From the human T2T-CHM13v2.0 reference genome, Homo sapiens: 64,000 nucleotides of DNA. Position numbers and translations under genes: made by a program. The stretch lies in assembly GCF_009914755.1 (NCBI RefSeq), contig NC_060936.1, one strand, 5' to 3'. Below are positions 28,291 to 39,310 of this stretch, in pieces; the stretch's first letter is position 1; each line of letters begins with the position of its first letter. A model generated the notes under the pieces. That model saw only the letters and a list, made by a program, of their open reading frames with translations. It was not told where the DNA came from and made no database searches.

Positions 28291-28425
28291 GTACTGGAGA
28301 GTCTTTGCTGGGCGGATTTGGGCATTCTCCTGCCCAGCCCGCCTTGCCTTCTGACTGTGGCGCAGAGAGGAAGGTGGGGTGGGCAAGAGAATGCCCAAAT
28401 CTGCCCAGCAAAGATTCTTCAGTAT
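28291..28425 (+). other. Long inverted repeat / RNA hairpin (55-bp arms, extendable inward to a ~9-nt loop)
   Basis: 28291-28345 is the reverse complement of 28371-28425 at 48/55 positions. Confidence 0.93.
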
Positions 28426-28432
28426 CTCCCTC

Positions 28433-28829
28433 TATATTGGGCTATTCTTGCATTGCTATAAATAAATAACGTGAGACTGGGTGATTTATAAAGAAAAGAG
28501 GTTTAATTGGCTCATGTTTCTGTAGGCTGTACAGGAAGCATGGTGCCGGCATCTGCTTGGCTTCTGCTGAGGCCTCAGAGAGCTTTCAGTCATGGTGGAA
28601 GATGAAGGGGGAACAGGCACTAAACATGACAAAAGCAGGAGCGGGTGAGATTGCGGGGCGGGGGGTGGTGCCACACACTTTCAAACAACCCAGTCTTGTG
28701 AGAACTCACGATTGTGAGGACAGCATCAAGGGGATGGTGCTACCCCATGATCTAGTCGCCTCCCCACTTCCAGCATTGGGGGTTACAATTCAATATGAAT
28801 TTGTGGGGACCAATATCCAAACTCTATCA
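28433..28829 (-). mobile_element. MST (MSTB-like) MaLR solo LTR with 5-bp TSD CCCTC
   Basis: gagactgggtgatttataaagaaaagaggtttaattggctca...ggctgtacaggaagcatgg...atccaaactctatca; CCCTC at 28428-28432 and 28830-28834. Confidence 0.92.
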
Positions 28830-29772
28830 CCCTCTTCCCCACCTTTTCCCAGCTCCAGCTCCCCACCCCACTCTTTGAGAGCTCTGCAGCCTTCGCTGAG
28901 GTCAGGAGAACTTTGGCTGCCTTGGCAGAAGGCCCTGAACACTGTTTCCTTCCTGAGGATGCGTCCTCTTTCCCTGGGCAGGGAAAGAGGCAGATGGACA
29001 TCTGGCAAAATTTCCCACTTGAGAAGTTTGGGATTCCGAGCCCATTCCCCCCTCAGTGCCAGGGAACAGTAGCCCAATTGTTCCAAACCCGTGTTCTCTG
29101 GGTCAGTGTGCCTACATCCCTCCTGACCATGACACTCCCATTCCTGGGCCTAATAATAGCCCCTTTTGGGGTAGGGCAGAGCAAAACTTGAGTTTGTGGC
29201 TGTTCAGATCCATATGGTATCTTCCCCAGCTCCGCTCTCTGAATACCGCTTCACCATCCCACCAGCCTGCCATCCAGGTGGCTCAGAGGAACTGCCCTAG
29301 GACCAGGGGGGAAGACATCTCTGCTTTGTAGCCTCACTTGCTTCCTGGGGCAGAGGGAACAAGACCAGGACCGTTCAGGGGATAGTGGCGTCCTGGGTGA
29401 AGTGGGGCAGGTTCCAGGATAGATTTTCTGCAATGTGCTTTTGGCCGCTGGGAGGATGGGTGGTCTGAAAAGAGCACAGCCTGGGAGAATGGGTGGAAGG
29501 GAGGGTGCCTGTTTTTCAGGGCAGAGAAGAGGAGCAATGTACTGTGCACACATGGAAGGCACCCAGGACACGTTCACTGTGTCGAGCATCGTCGGGTTTA
29601 TTAAGAAGGTGTCTTGGGAATGACTGTGAGCATGTCCTAGGCCTGGCCCTGAGCAGTTAAGGTTATAGCAGAAAGGACTTGACAAAGGCCCGTGAAACTT
29701 ACTAAAGGCAGAGTCAGAGAGAGGAGCTGCGGTGACAGCTGCTTGTGGCTGATGAGCATTACTGGCCGGCCG

Positions 29773-29786
29773 CCCCCCCCCCCCCC
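29773..29786. repeat. C14 homopolymer
   Basis: Directly visible. Confidence 0.9.
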
Positions 29787-31239
29787 ACCCGCGTCCCCAA
29801 GTAGAGTGAGTGCCAGTTGCCAGATGGTTGGAGTGTAAGCCAGCTTGGGGCAGGAGATGGGACCTAAAGATGTCTGGGGGTCCTTTCTGCCTTTGACTCT
29901 AAGTCTTCAGGGCAGGAGAAACCACAGGAGTGCTGAGAGAGCATCAGTTCAGAAAGACTTGCAGGGTCTCAAATCCTCTTCGGAGACAGACATGGGCGAG
30001 GGAAGACACCTTAAGAGAAATGGAGTTTTCCAGTCTACAGAGTACCCGTAGGGAGTACCCACTGAGTAGGTGTGACTTTGCCTGTGAGCCAGTCTAACTT
30101 CACGTCCATTGTCATCTCCTTTTGACGTTGGCCATCTGGTTTTGAGAATAGGCTGGGCGGTTCAAATCTCGGTCAGCCTCCTCCATGCTGGTGTCTAGCC
30201 CAGCCTCCTCTCCATGGATCTGTTGATGCCAGTTCGCTGCACAGGCTGTGCTTGTGGCTTCCCTGTCAACATCCCCCTGGGCTATTTGTTTCCCACTGCT
30301 GGGCTCCCAGACTCACTATTGAGAGGAGAAGCTCCCCCACCATCCTGCAGAAATGCTGACCCCTTGCCTGTCGCTTCTGTTGCTAGAACAGGGCAGCATG
30401 TACCTTCTGTGTGTGCATGCCAGTGGGGAAGCGCAGCGGGTCATGGAGGATGATGGATTAGAAGACTGCATCTTAATCAAATGACAGACTGACTGTCTGC
30501 TTGCCCCTTTCCCAGAGATGTGCTCAACCTCTCCGGATTAGAGCAACAGCCACTTCATTTTAATCAGGGAGCTAATGGCTCCCTGAATGCCTCTTTCCTG
30601 GCAATGTCTGTCCCCTGGGGATTTTGATGAGATTGCCCTCACATGACACTCATACTCCCTAGGTACTTTCCAGACTTCCTTCAAGGTGCTGTGGCCCCCC
30701 TAGGCAAACTCTCTACTTATTTAGCTTTGAAATTGTCCTGCCTTTTCTGAACAGATTGGAGGTATCATTCCTTGTGGGATAGACATGGGATAGAGTTTGT
30801 GAGGGCTGCAGAGGACCACTGGGGTGTAGCCCTTTCTTGGGGCTGCTGCTGTTTCTTTATGAAAATGTGTGCTCTCTTAGTTTCCTTCTGCCTTCTTGCC
30901 CTGGACTTAATGTTCCTGAACATTACACTCCTGATCTCCTGCCCTCTCTTGTTCTTCTCTCTTTCCTTGACAAACCTGCCCAGCCTCTTGGTTTCAGCTA
31001 TGGATTCTGATAATAACTTCTTACATTAAGTGCCTTTGTAGTTTACAGAGCATTTTTACGTCCATTACACTCATTCCTTACAGTGAGCCTGGGAGGTGGA
31101 ATAGATCATATATTTTTTTTTTTGGAGGATAAAATTGAGGCACAGAATGATTAAAGCCACAGTTTGGTTATGCCCCCTGCTCCCCAAAAGAATTTGACTT
31201 TGAGGTCACACAGTGTGTGGCTGAGCCCAGAACGGACCC

Positions 31240-32130
31240 TCCCTCACCACGTTTCCAGCTACATCTGGTGTCTCCATAAACATCTTCCACTGGTCTTGCA
31301 AACTTGTTTCAACTTCTTGCTTCAAAAGTCCTCCTTGGTCCTCTGGTTCGGTAATGGATCCCACCACCTGCCCAGCTCCCAGGCTGGAAACCTCTGTCTG
31401 CCCCCCTCCGTACCCATGCCGCCTCCCTGAGGCCCCTCCTGTCCGTCCCACCCGTTCCTGTGCATTTTTACTGCCATGCCCCTAGGCCAGGCCTCACTTT
31501 GCCCAGTCACTAGGTTGTTCCCTGATCTCCCTGTCCCTAGTTCCTCTTAGTTCATTCGATACAGGCGTGCCAGAGTCTGCTTCCCAGGGCCTTAGCCATG
31601 TTAACAGCCCTCTCTCTGCTTCTGCACAAGGCCCCACCACAGAAGCCGGTGGAATTCATGTTCCTCCATCTTGTCACCTGGACCCTCCAGCTGCGAGTCT
31701 TTCTCAATGACTCCAGGCACCCCGCGGGCGGTCAGACCTCACTGCTCTCTGTTCCAACCAGTCACACATGGAGCCTCCCAGGAAGTGTCACTTCCTGTCC
31801 CACTTCCTGCCCGCATGGCTCCTGCTTTCCTTCCTGCCCACCATTCTCTCCAGATCAATTACCCGTGCTCATTACCAGCCCTCCCCCTTTTCCTTAAAGT
31901 TTCTGTCTCAAACGTTGCTTCTTCCATGAAAACTTTGCTCTCTCCTCAAGGCAGAACCTCTGAATTCCTCTTGGCTTTGCCTCCCTCCTACAATCCTTCG
32001 TGCTTTTCACTCGTACCTTGGTCGTCTGTGCCCATGCCCGACGTTCCTGAGGGCCGAGCCCATGTCTGACTTGTCCACAAGGTCGGAACGGACTGTGGTT
32101 AGGGCTGCTCGCCGAGCACCTCCATATAGC
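31240..32130 (+). mobile_element. L2 remnant(s)
   Basis: Diverged L2 3'-region motifs (ccaccacctgcccagctcccaggctggaaacct; ttttactgccatgcccctaggccaggcc; gccagagtctgcttc); approximate boundaries. Confidence 0.55.
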
Positions 32131-33913
32131 AGGTGCTGTCTTAGGGCTTCACATATGTTTGGTTTCATCTCCAGATCATCCCTCCAGGGCAGACATCCTT
32201 ACCTTTGTTTTATGAATGAGGGAACAGGCCCAGAGAGATTATGTGATTTGTTCAAAGCCTCTGAGTGAATGATGGTGCCAGGATTTGAACTCTGGATGTC
32301 AGACTCCAAATCCCGCATGTTTTCCTCCTGCAATGCTGCACCTTGTTGATGAGTGGGGTTGATTGCCCCTTGTCCTCTCACCATGCACAAGGGCAGTGCT
32401 GGCTTAAAGGATTTCATTTTAAATCCCTTAAAATTAAAGGATTTTATTTCAAAGAAATTAAACTTTCCTCCATTTCTTTGAAGAAATTAGGACTACCCAT
32501 GCTGGGTCAGCAGTCCACCCATCGGGCATAGATGGTGGGTGGGGTGGGATGTTTCCTCCAGGGCTGTCTTTGAAGGTCAGAAGCGTCCAGTGCCCCTGTT
32601 TCCTGTCATGGCCCTTGTGTCTCTCTCCCTGGTGAGTTTATCAAAGTCCTCTGGATCTTAGCCATGTTTTTATCCTGTGCCACCCTGCATGGTAACGAGC
32701 CCCTTGCCTTTACCCATTGCGTAAAGCTCAGACGCCCTTTATTTGTCCTCAGATAATGCTTTCGAGCTTCAAGGGTTGCCTGGGGTTCTATTTCAGGATC
32801 TGTTAGGCAGGTCTGTGTTGGCCCTCTTCACTGTCCTTCATGATTTTGCAGACTCTGATCCAACCCCATCAGCCCTGTTTTTCCAGAATGGAGTTCATGC
32901 CTTTTTAGGGTTCACCCATCATGTCTCACTTTTTCACATGCCTCTTGGGTGTCTGGTGTATTTCATGTGTGAGAATGAGTCTCCCCAGAAGAGTGGGGTG
33001 CCCTGAGGGCAGGGCCATTATTCCCTTTCCTCTAGACCTGCCCACAGCTCCACACACAGGAAGACCTTCTCATTGCACAGGTAGCCCAAGACGCCCTGTC
33101 CTTCTCCCACTCCCAGGCCTGGCCAGCCCATGCTGAGGCCAGCTTCTCAGCAGCCACAGATATCACCCATCTCAGGTTGGCTGGCTCAGGGTGCAGTGTC
33201 CATGACACCAGAACCCTTTCCTGGTCCTGTGACGGAGCGCCAGAGGTATGCAGAGCTTGGCTTTCGGGTGACTGTTGGCTGCCAGGCCCGGGGAGCAGCC
33301 CGGTGAATGGCCATGATGGGCACAGCAGCCTGCCCTGAGGAAGGGCCTCGGGCCCTGAGAGGGACTGAGGTTGGACCGGGGTGACAGGGTGGCATATGGG
33401 GATGGCACTGGGCTCTGTTCCATGCACTCTCTCTTCTCCTTTCTGCCTCCTCCCGCTTCTGCCTTTCTTCCTCATCTTTATCTTCTTCTTCCTCCCCCTA
33501 CCCCTGTGTTTTGGGAGTTATCTCAGTCAGAGGCATGATCTAGTACTACCCTCTCCCCAGGTTAGTGTCTGAAGGATTTCAGTTGGTGACTTTGTGGCAC
33601 TGTGGGCTACTTAGAAGTTGTGGACATTTTCAAGATCAAAGGCTGTCTTTGGAGATGGCTGGGGAGACTTGGTGGCATGTAGAGCCCCAGCAGAGACCTC
33701 CTCCATGACTAAGCATTCAGCTTGCACCCGCTGTGTGCCGCAGGCTGTTCACAGGCCCCAGCAGTGAGCTGCCCCGGTGATGAAATCCCCTCGCATTGGT
33801 GGCATCCTCCCTGGTGGAAGGGTGCTGGGGGTGTGGGGAGGAGGAGGGGTAGGGTTGGGGACTCTGAGTGGCAGATCTCGACTAATGATGGTCATGTCTG
33901 AGAGGGGAGAAGG

Positions 33914-34090
33914 AAGTTCTTTTTTCAAAAGTTCTTTTTTCAAAAGTTGATTTCTGATTATAAAACTAGTATAGTCACTGGAGAGTACTGGAAATAATAG
34001 AGATATATGAAAATAGCATAAATTAAAGTCATTCACAATGCCATCATCTAGAGATAACCACCGTTCTGCTTCTGGTGAATTTCTAGGGCT
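33914..34090 (-). mobile_element. L1M 3'-end fragment with a 15-bp tandem duplication (aagttcttttttcaa x2) at its tail
   Basis: tttctgattataaaactagtatagtcactg...cacaatgccatcatctagagataaccacc. Confidence 0.6.
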
Positions 34091-37000
34091 GTATGTGTGG
34101 GAAGAGGTTCTTTTGTTGCAAAGGACATCTTTAGTTTTAAGGGACAGAGGGACACACAGGACGGTGGGTTCCAGCACCTCTGGCTGCCTGGGCCTCCTTC
34201 CTCTGACTGTTGGCACCAGCTGTCAGCCCCTGGAGGAATGGGCAGCCTGTCTGCACCGGCTTGAGCTCAGAGCTGGGATAGGAGCGTTATGCTGGAAAGG
34301 GGACCCGGCTCCCAGGGAGCCCCTAGTGTAGTGGAGAAATACGGAGCCAGAAGGGGCTGGGACCAACAGCTCACATGACAGCCCCTGCCTGAAGCAGAGT
34401 CCTGGCAGGGGGCCACTGGGCTTCCACCCAGACTTCTCATGGTGGGGACCTCATGGTTAAGCCACCACATCGGCCAGCTCTGGGTCCCTGCGTGAGTGAG
34501 GGTGAGGGGTCGTTTTTTACTTTGTAGCTTCTAGCACCTGGTCCCTGTTCTGCCCCACTAGAGTCTCATGGGGCAGACCCCATGAACCATGGAGCGCCCC
34601 CCGCACTTAAAACTCTGCATACCTCCATGTTCAGAGTTGCCGTGTCCCTCAAGTTCTCTAAGACCAGACGCCTCTAGTTCCTACCCAGTTCCTGTGGGGA
34701 ATATGATTTCCACACTCCCTGGTGCTGGTGTGGCCAGGGAGAGGTGTAGCCTCTGGCCAGGCTTCGTGGAGCAGGTGAGACTGGAATGGCGTTTAGAGGG
34801 TATGGTGATGGCAGCGAGATGGGGAAGCCCATTCCAGGCCAGGGAATGGCACGCAGGAATGTTCATCCGTGGCAGGTGTGTGCACAGGCCTGTGTGAGCG
34901 GGTGCTCTCTCCGGGGCCAGGGAGAAATCCCAGCCCCTGGGCTCCCCCCAGCCCCATGCCCTTATATAGCCGTCCCTGCACTCCCAGAGCTCCGGGGGTG
35001 GGGACGGAGCCCCCTCCTACTGTACACATGCGGGGAGCCTGCCGCTAGCTGGGCCTGGGCCGACTCTTGCAAGATCCTCTTGTCATCACAGCCGGAGTCA
35101 GCTGTTGGTTTGGGAAGCCTTCCCTGGTCCAATGTTTCACGGTGCGCAGCCAGAAATATAACCCTCCTGTTAGCCAAGAGCATGGGATCTTGGCAGGCAT
35201 CCGTGTGGCCTATTTTAAACTGAAGGGAACAGAAAGAGGTGCCTCTCAGGCTAAGCTGAGGACCCTTCCTTTGCAGGGCTGAGTGAGCGGGCTGCTGGGG
35301 GCGTGTCACTTTCTCCCTTGAGGGCCGGTGGACATCTGTTAGGGGGAGGGGGTGCAGAAGGTGGGAAATGGGGCTATTTCAGGGCAGTCTGGAAGAAGGT
35401 TTTCACGATTGCACGGCAGGCCCTAAACTCACATTTGGAGGCCTGGTTGTCATGCCCTCCCACTGAACTGCTGCGTGGCGTGTCCGAGTGAGCCACTGCA
35501 CCGCCCTGTTTACTCTCTCCCACCTGGAAAGCAGGGGCTCATGTGGATCTGACCCACCTCTCAGAAGTGCTCCTGTGTCCTCGGGGGTGGTGATCAACAC
35601 GTTCTGGGATGGCTACAGAGCCTGTCGTACTGCTTCATGTATTACAGTCTCTCTCTCCCACCAGCCCAAGCCTGCCCTAAGCAGGCCCGCGTTCCTAAGA
35701 AAACCAAATAAAAAGACGATAGGAAAAATGCAGTAAAGATCATTAAATTGCTTAGGAGGCTGCCTGCCGGCTCAGTGAACAAAGTAATAACAATCACTCA
35801 TGAAGGATGCAGTGGAGCCTGGTGCTTAAGATTTTGGATTCTGGCTTTGACCTGCCTAGCTCTCACCCTGGTAAGTTCCTTGACCTCTCTGGGCCTCGTT
35901 TCTCATCTGTGAATGGGGGTGACAGTGGCACCCACCTCCTCATAGGTTGTGGTGAGGATGCAGTGAGATAGTTGGTGGAAAGGAAGGGTGTCTGCCGCAG
36001 GAAGTGTTCGCTGAGCTCGGCCAGTGCCATGGGGTTTGCAGAACATCCTTGTAGACAGTCCCTGCGATGATGAAGCTCAGAGAGCACAGGCCAGCGATCA
36101 GCCCAGGTCCACTCGGGTAGAAATGGCAATCTTCATTAAAGGTCCACAGGGTGACAGGTGGGAATTGGGATCTGGCGACTGCCCTTGGACCCCTTTTATT
36201 GAGGGTGGGAGGCTGGTGGTGGTGGTGACAGGGTGTTTGTTCTGGAGGGAATGTGGGCAGTGTGTCCCTGGGAATGTTCTGTCTGCTGTGCGTGGGCCTG
36301 GTGGTGTGCCCTCCTGGCCAGGCATCAGCAGCACCTGTGGATGTTTGGAAGCCCCAGAACCCCAGGTGCGTGGCTGCAGCCCTGCAGACTCTCGTGCAAC
36401 AGGAGGTCCAGGGTGGAGCCTGTGAAAATGCTCAGGTGATTCTGATGCCCAGCAGGGGAGTGGAGGGATAAGGATGATAGCGTCAAATGGGGCTGGGAAC
36501 AAGTCCTGGCCCTCCTGCTGAGTCTTGGTTATCAACACCACCTCCTGTGACTGGTGTGAAGTGAAATGTAATGATGCATCCGGAGCACCCAGCCCCGAGC
36601 CTGGAGCACAGGCTGGTTCTGTAAATGGTGCTGACAGTAGTCACTCCTGCAGCACAGGCTGGGCAGGGGCCCATGCCTCTGTGAGGCCCTGCTTTGTTTT
36701 ATTGGGGTCAGGTGCTTACTACCTTCAGGACTCCAGCTTCTTTTCTGACCTTTTCAATGCTCAGACGCTCTCTTCCTTGCCCTCATCCCTGCCCCCTGCC
36801 CCACCCCCTCAATGCTGAGGGAGTCTCTTCATTCTAGAGGTGAGAAGCGAGGGAGAACTGCCCACAAGTCAACAGAAAATGGACGCGAGTGCCCAGCCTT
36901 GCCCCTTCCCCTGGGTCAGGCCTGTGGGCACCTTCTACACCAACCTTGTGCCCGATCCAGGTTTCCAGCTACATGCTGGACATTTCTTCACCAAAGTGAC

Positions 37001-38749
37001 AGCTAAAATGGATGACTCCTGGGTTCTGTCTTGTCCGTTCTGATGATGATGATGACAGCAGTATCCAGCCCTGTAGAACGTTCACCAGGCACCAGGCACT
37101 GCTTCAAGTGCTTTTTGTGTATTAACTTATTTTTGCTTTCTGGTGACCTTGAAGGGCATACTCTTAGTAAACCCGCTTAACATATATAGAAAATGGTTTG
37201 CACATGAACTGTGGGTCGTCAAGGGCTCTGTTTATGAGTATGCCTTCCCCAGTGCTGTCCTTATAATATTGATTCCAAGTCAGTTTCCATTAATGATCCA
37301 TGAATGATGTCCAGCATGCACCACGTATTTTCATGTGGACATTTCTGTCTACGGTTTGTGACCACTGCATGGGGTGGATGCATCATGCACACATGTGTGT
37401 TGACTGTTGAGTGACTTGTATTTGTCGGTTTCCAGGGGACAGGGGAGAGGCTGGAAGGAGGGCAGCAGCTGCCCTGTCGCCAAGAGATTGGCTTTGACGC
37501 CAATCTCCCCACCCTGTGAGCTTCCTGCTGCAGTCTTCAGCTCCCCTTTGTCCCCCAGAGCCCAAAATAGCAATGCACAATCAGGAGAGACAATGAGGAG
37601 CAAGGCACGCAGCTGAGCAGGAGGGCTGATGGGTGCAGGGACAGTCAACCTTGGGCCTTCCGGCCTGACTCTGTCTGTCCCGCCAGCTCCGGGCTTTTTA
37701 TAGAGAGGCTGTGTTAGGCGAGCCCGGGTGAGCTGTGCATGGACCTCATCTGACTGTGGCATGTGGACCCTTCGCAGAGGTGGCCTGAGGAGACATGGCC
37801 CCCAGGCTGACCTGGGTTTGAATCTCCCCAGCAGCTGACTGGCTCTGCCCACGGCCACATCACGTAATGGGAGCAGCGATCAGGGCAACTGAAAAAGGAA
37901 ACGGGCCGAGCCCAACCCAGCTCTATTATTAAACTTTTCTCCAGCACTTTCTCCCCACTCAGCCCTTTGCCACCATATTCCTGAGATTGTCCCTGTGCCA
38001 CCCCAAAGGCACATGGCCTTTGTAAGCTGGTGTGGGGAGGACGGCACGGGGGCCTGTGTCAATTCCATGGAAGCACCAATGGGATTTCTTTCTTGTTTGG
38101 TGTCACAGGGTAATTGGTTTTTAGAAAGAACTGGGGTGTCTAGCTCAGTAACCCAGAAGCCATAGACGCTTTTTCTTTTAGGTTACCCTTAGAATATGGT
38201 GAGTATCTTTCAAACGGACATGCTCTAGGCAAAGCCTTTGTGTAGACAAATAAATGAACCCATGAGGGTTTGGCTTTGTTGGAAATTGTTAGCATTCTCA
38301 TCCGTACAGAGATGAGAGCATGATTTGGTAGAGACGTAGATCGTGTGGCAACAAGCTGGACACCCCTTTGTACCTCTGATGTGGGAGGTCCCAGTAATCA
38401 GGATGTATGCTTGTGAGTTTTCTTGAGTTGAAAGCAACCCTTCTCTTGCCTGCTATGTCTTTCAGGCAGGGCTGTTAGCTGGTCACCCGCCTCTTGCAGT
38501 AGGTGGAGGTACCTCCTGCACCCAGATCTAGGCCGGTCCCCCATTGCCATAAATACCCCACTCCCACCCCTTTGCTGCTTTGGCCTTTCTTCAGACTGTT
38601 GGGTTGTCAGGAGCCAGAGAGGTGATGAAAGAATGAGAAAGAGGGAGGAGAGCTGTGGGGGCGGGGTCCCGAGGCCCAGTGGTGAGCTGGTGAGAGAGGC
38701 TGCAGGAGCCAAACCACGTCCGATAGCAGTCCTGGGGGCTTCGTAAGGA

Positions 38750-39310
38750 GCTGCCCTGGAAAGGCCGGGCCCCGCTGAGCGCAGCACTCAACTCATCAGA
38801 GATGACAGGACAGAGCCACTTAGGACCAGGGAAGGCACTTGCCGCAGGGGTCCGGCAGTCGCAGCCAGCATGACGGAGGCCCTGAGGCCAAGGCCACAGG
38901 CCTGGCGCCGGGCACCACATTGGGGTGGGAGGTGTCTGGTTCCCCCCAGAAGGCGAGTGGGTTATAAATAGCGGATGACGGGCTGTAGCGAGAGCTGCCT
39001 CTAGCGTAATCGTCGATTTCGGGAGCGGCCCGGCTAGGGCTGGGAGGGCCGGATGAGGTTAAATTCGGCCTTGTTGGCTGATTGGCATTTCTTGAGCTGG
39101 GTGCTAATCTCTTCAGGAGGTCAGATAAGCTCCCCAGCGGCGCCCCTGATCTTGACTTTGGTAGCTGGGTTAACTCTTTCGGGGGACTACAGAAAACCCC
39201 AAAGTCACGACTATTTCGCATTGCCTACAAGACAGCAGGAGCCATCATGGAGCTGGACTTCAAGAGGGTCCATCCAAGCGTGGGTTGGCTCCTGAAATAC
39301 ACGGCGACTC
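38750..39310. promoter_or_regulatory. CpG-enriched intronic element with MEF2/TATA site, half-CRE and CCAAT
   Basis: Dense CpGs against a depleted background; TTATAAATAG (YTAWWWWTAR) at 38962-38971, TGACG at 38976-38980, ATTGG at 39081-39085. Confidence 0.6.

Noticed and set aside
28291-28425. Hairpin as a Tigger/MADE/hAT MITE or a known miRNA
   Set aside because: Termini do not match those TIRs and I do not recognise a catalogued miRNA; left unassigned pending a database search
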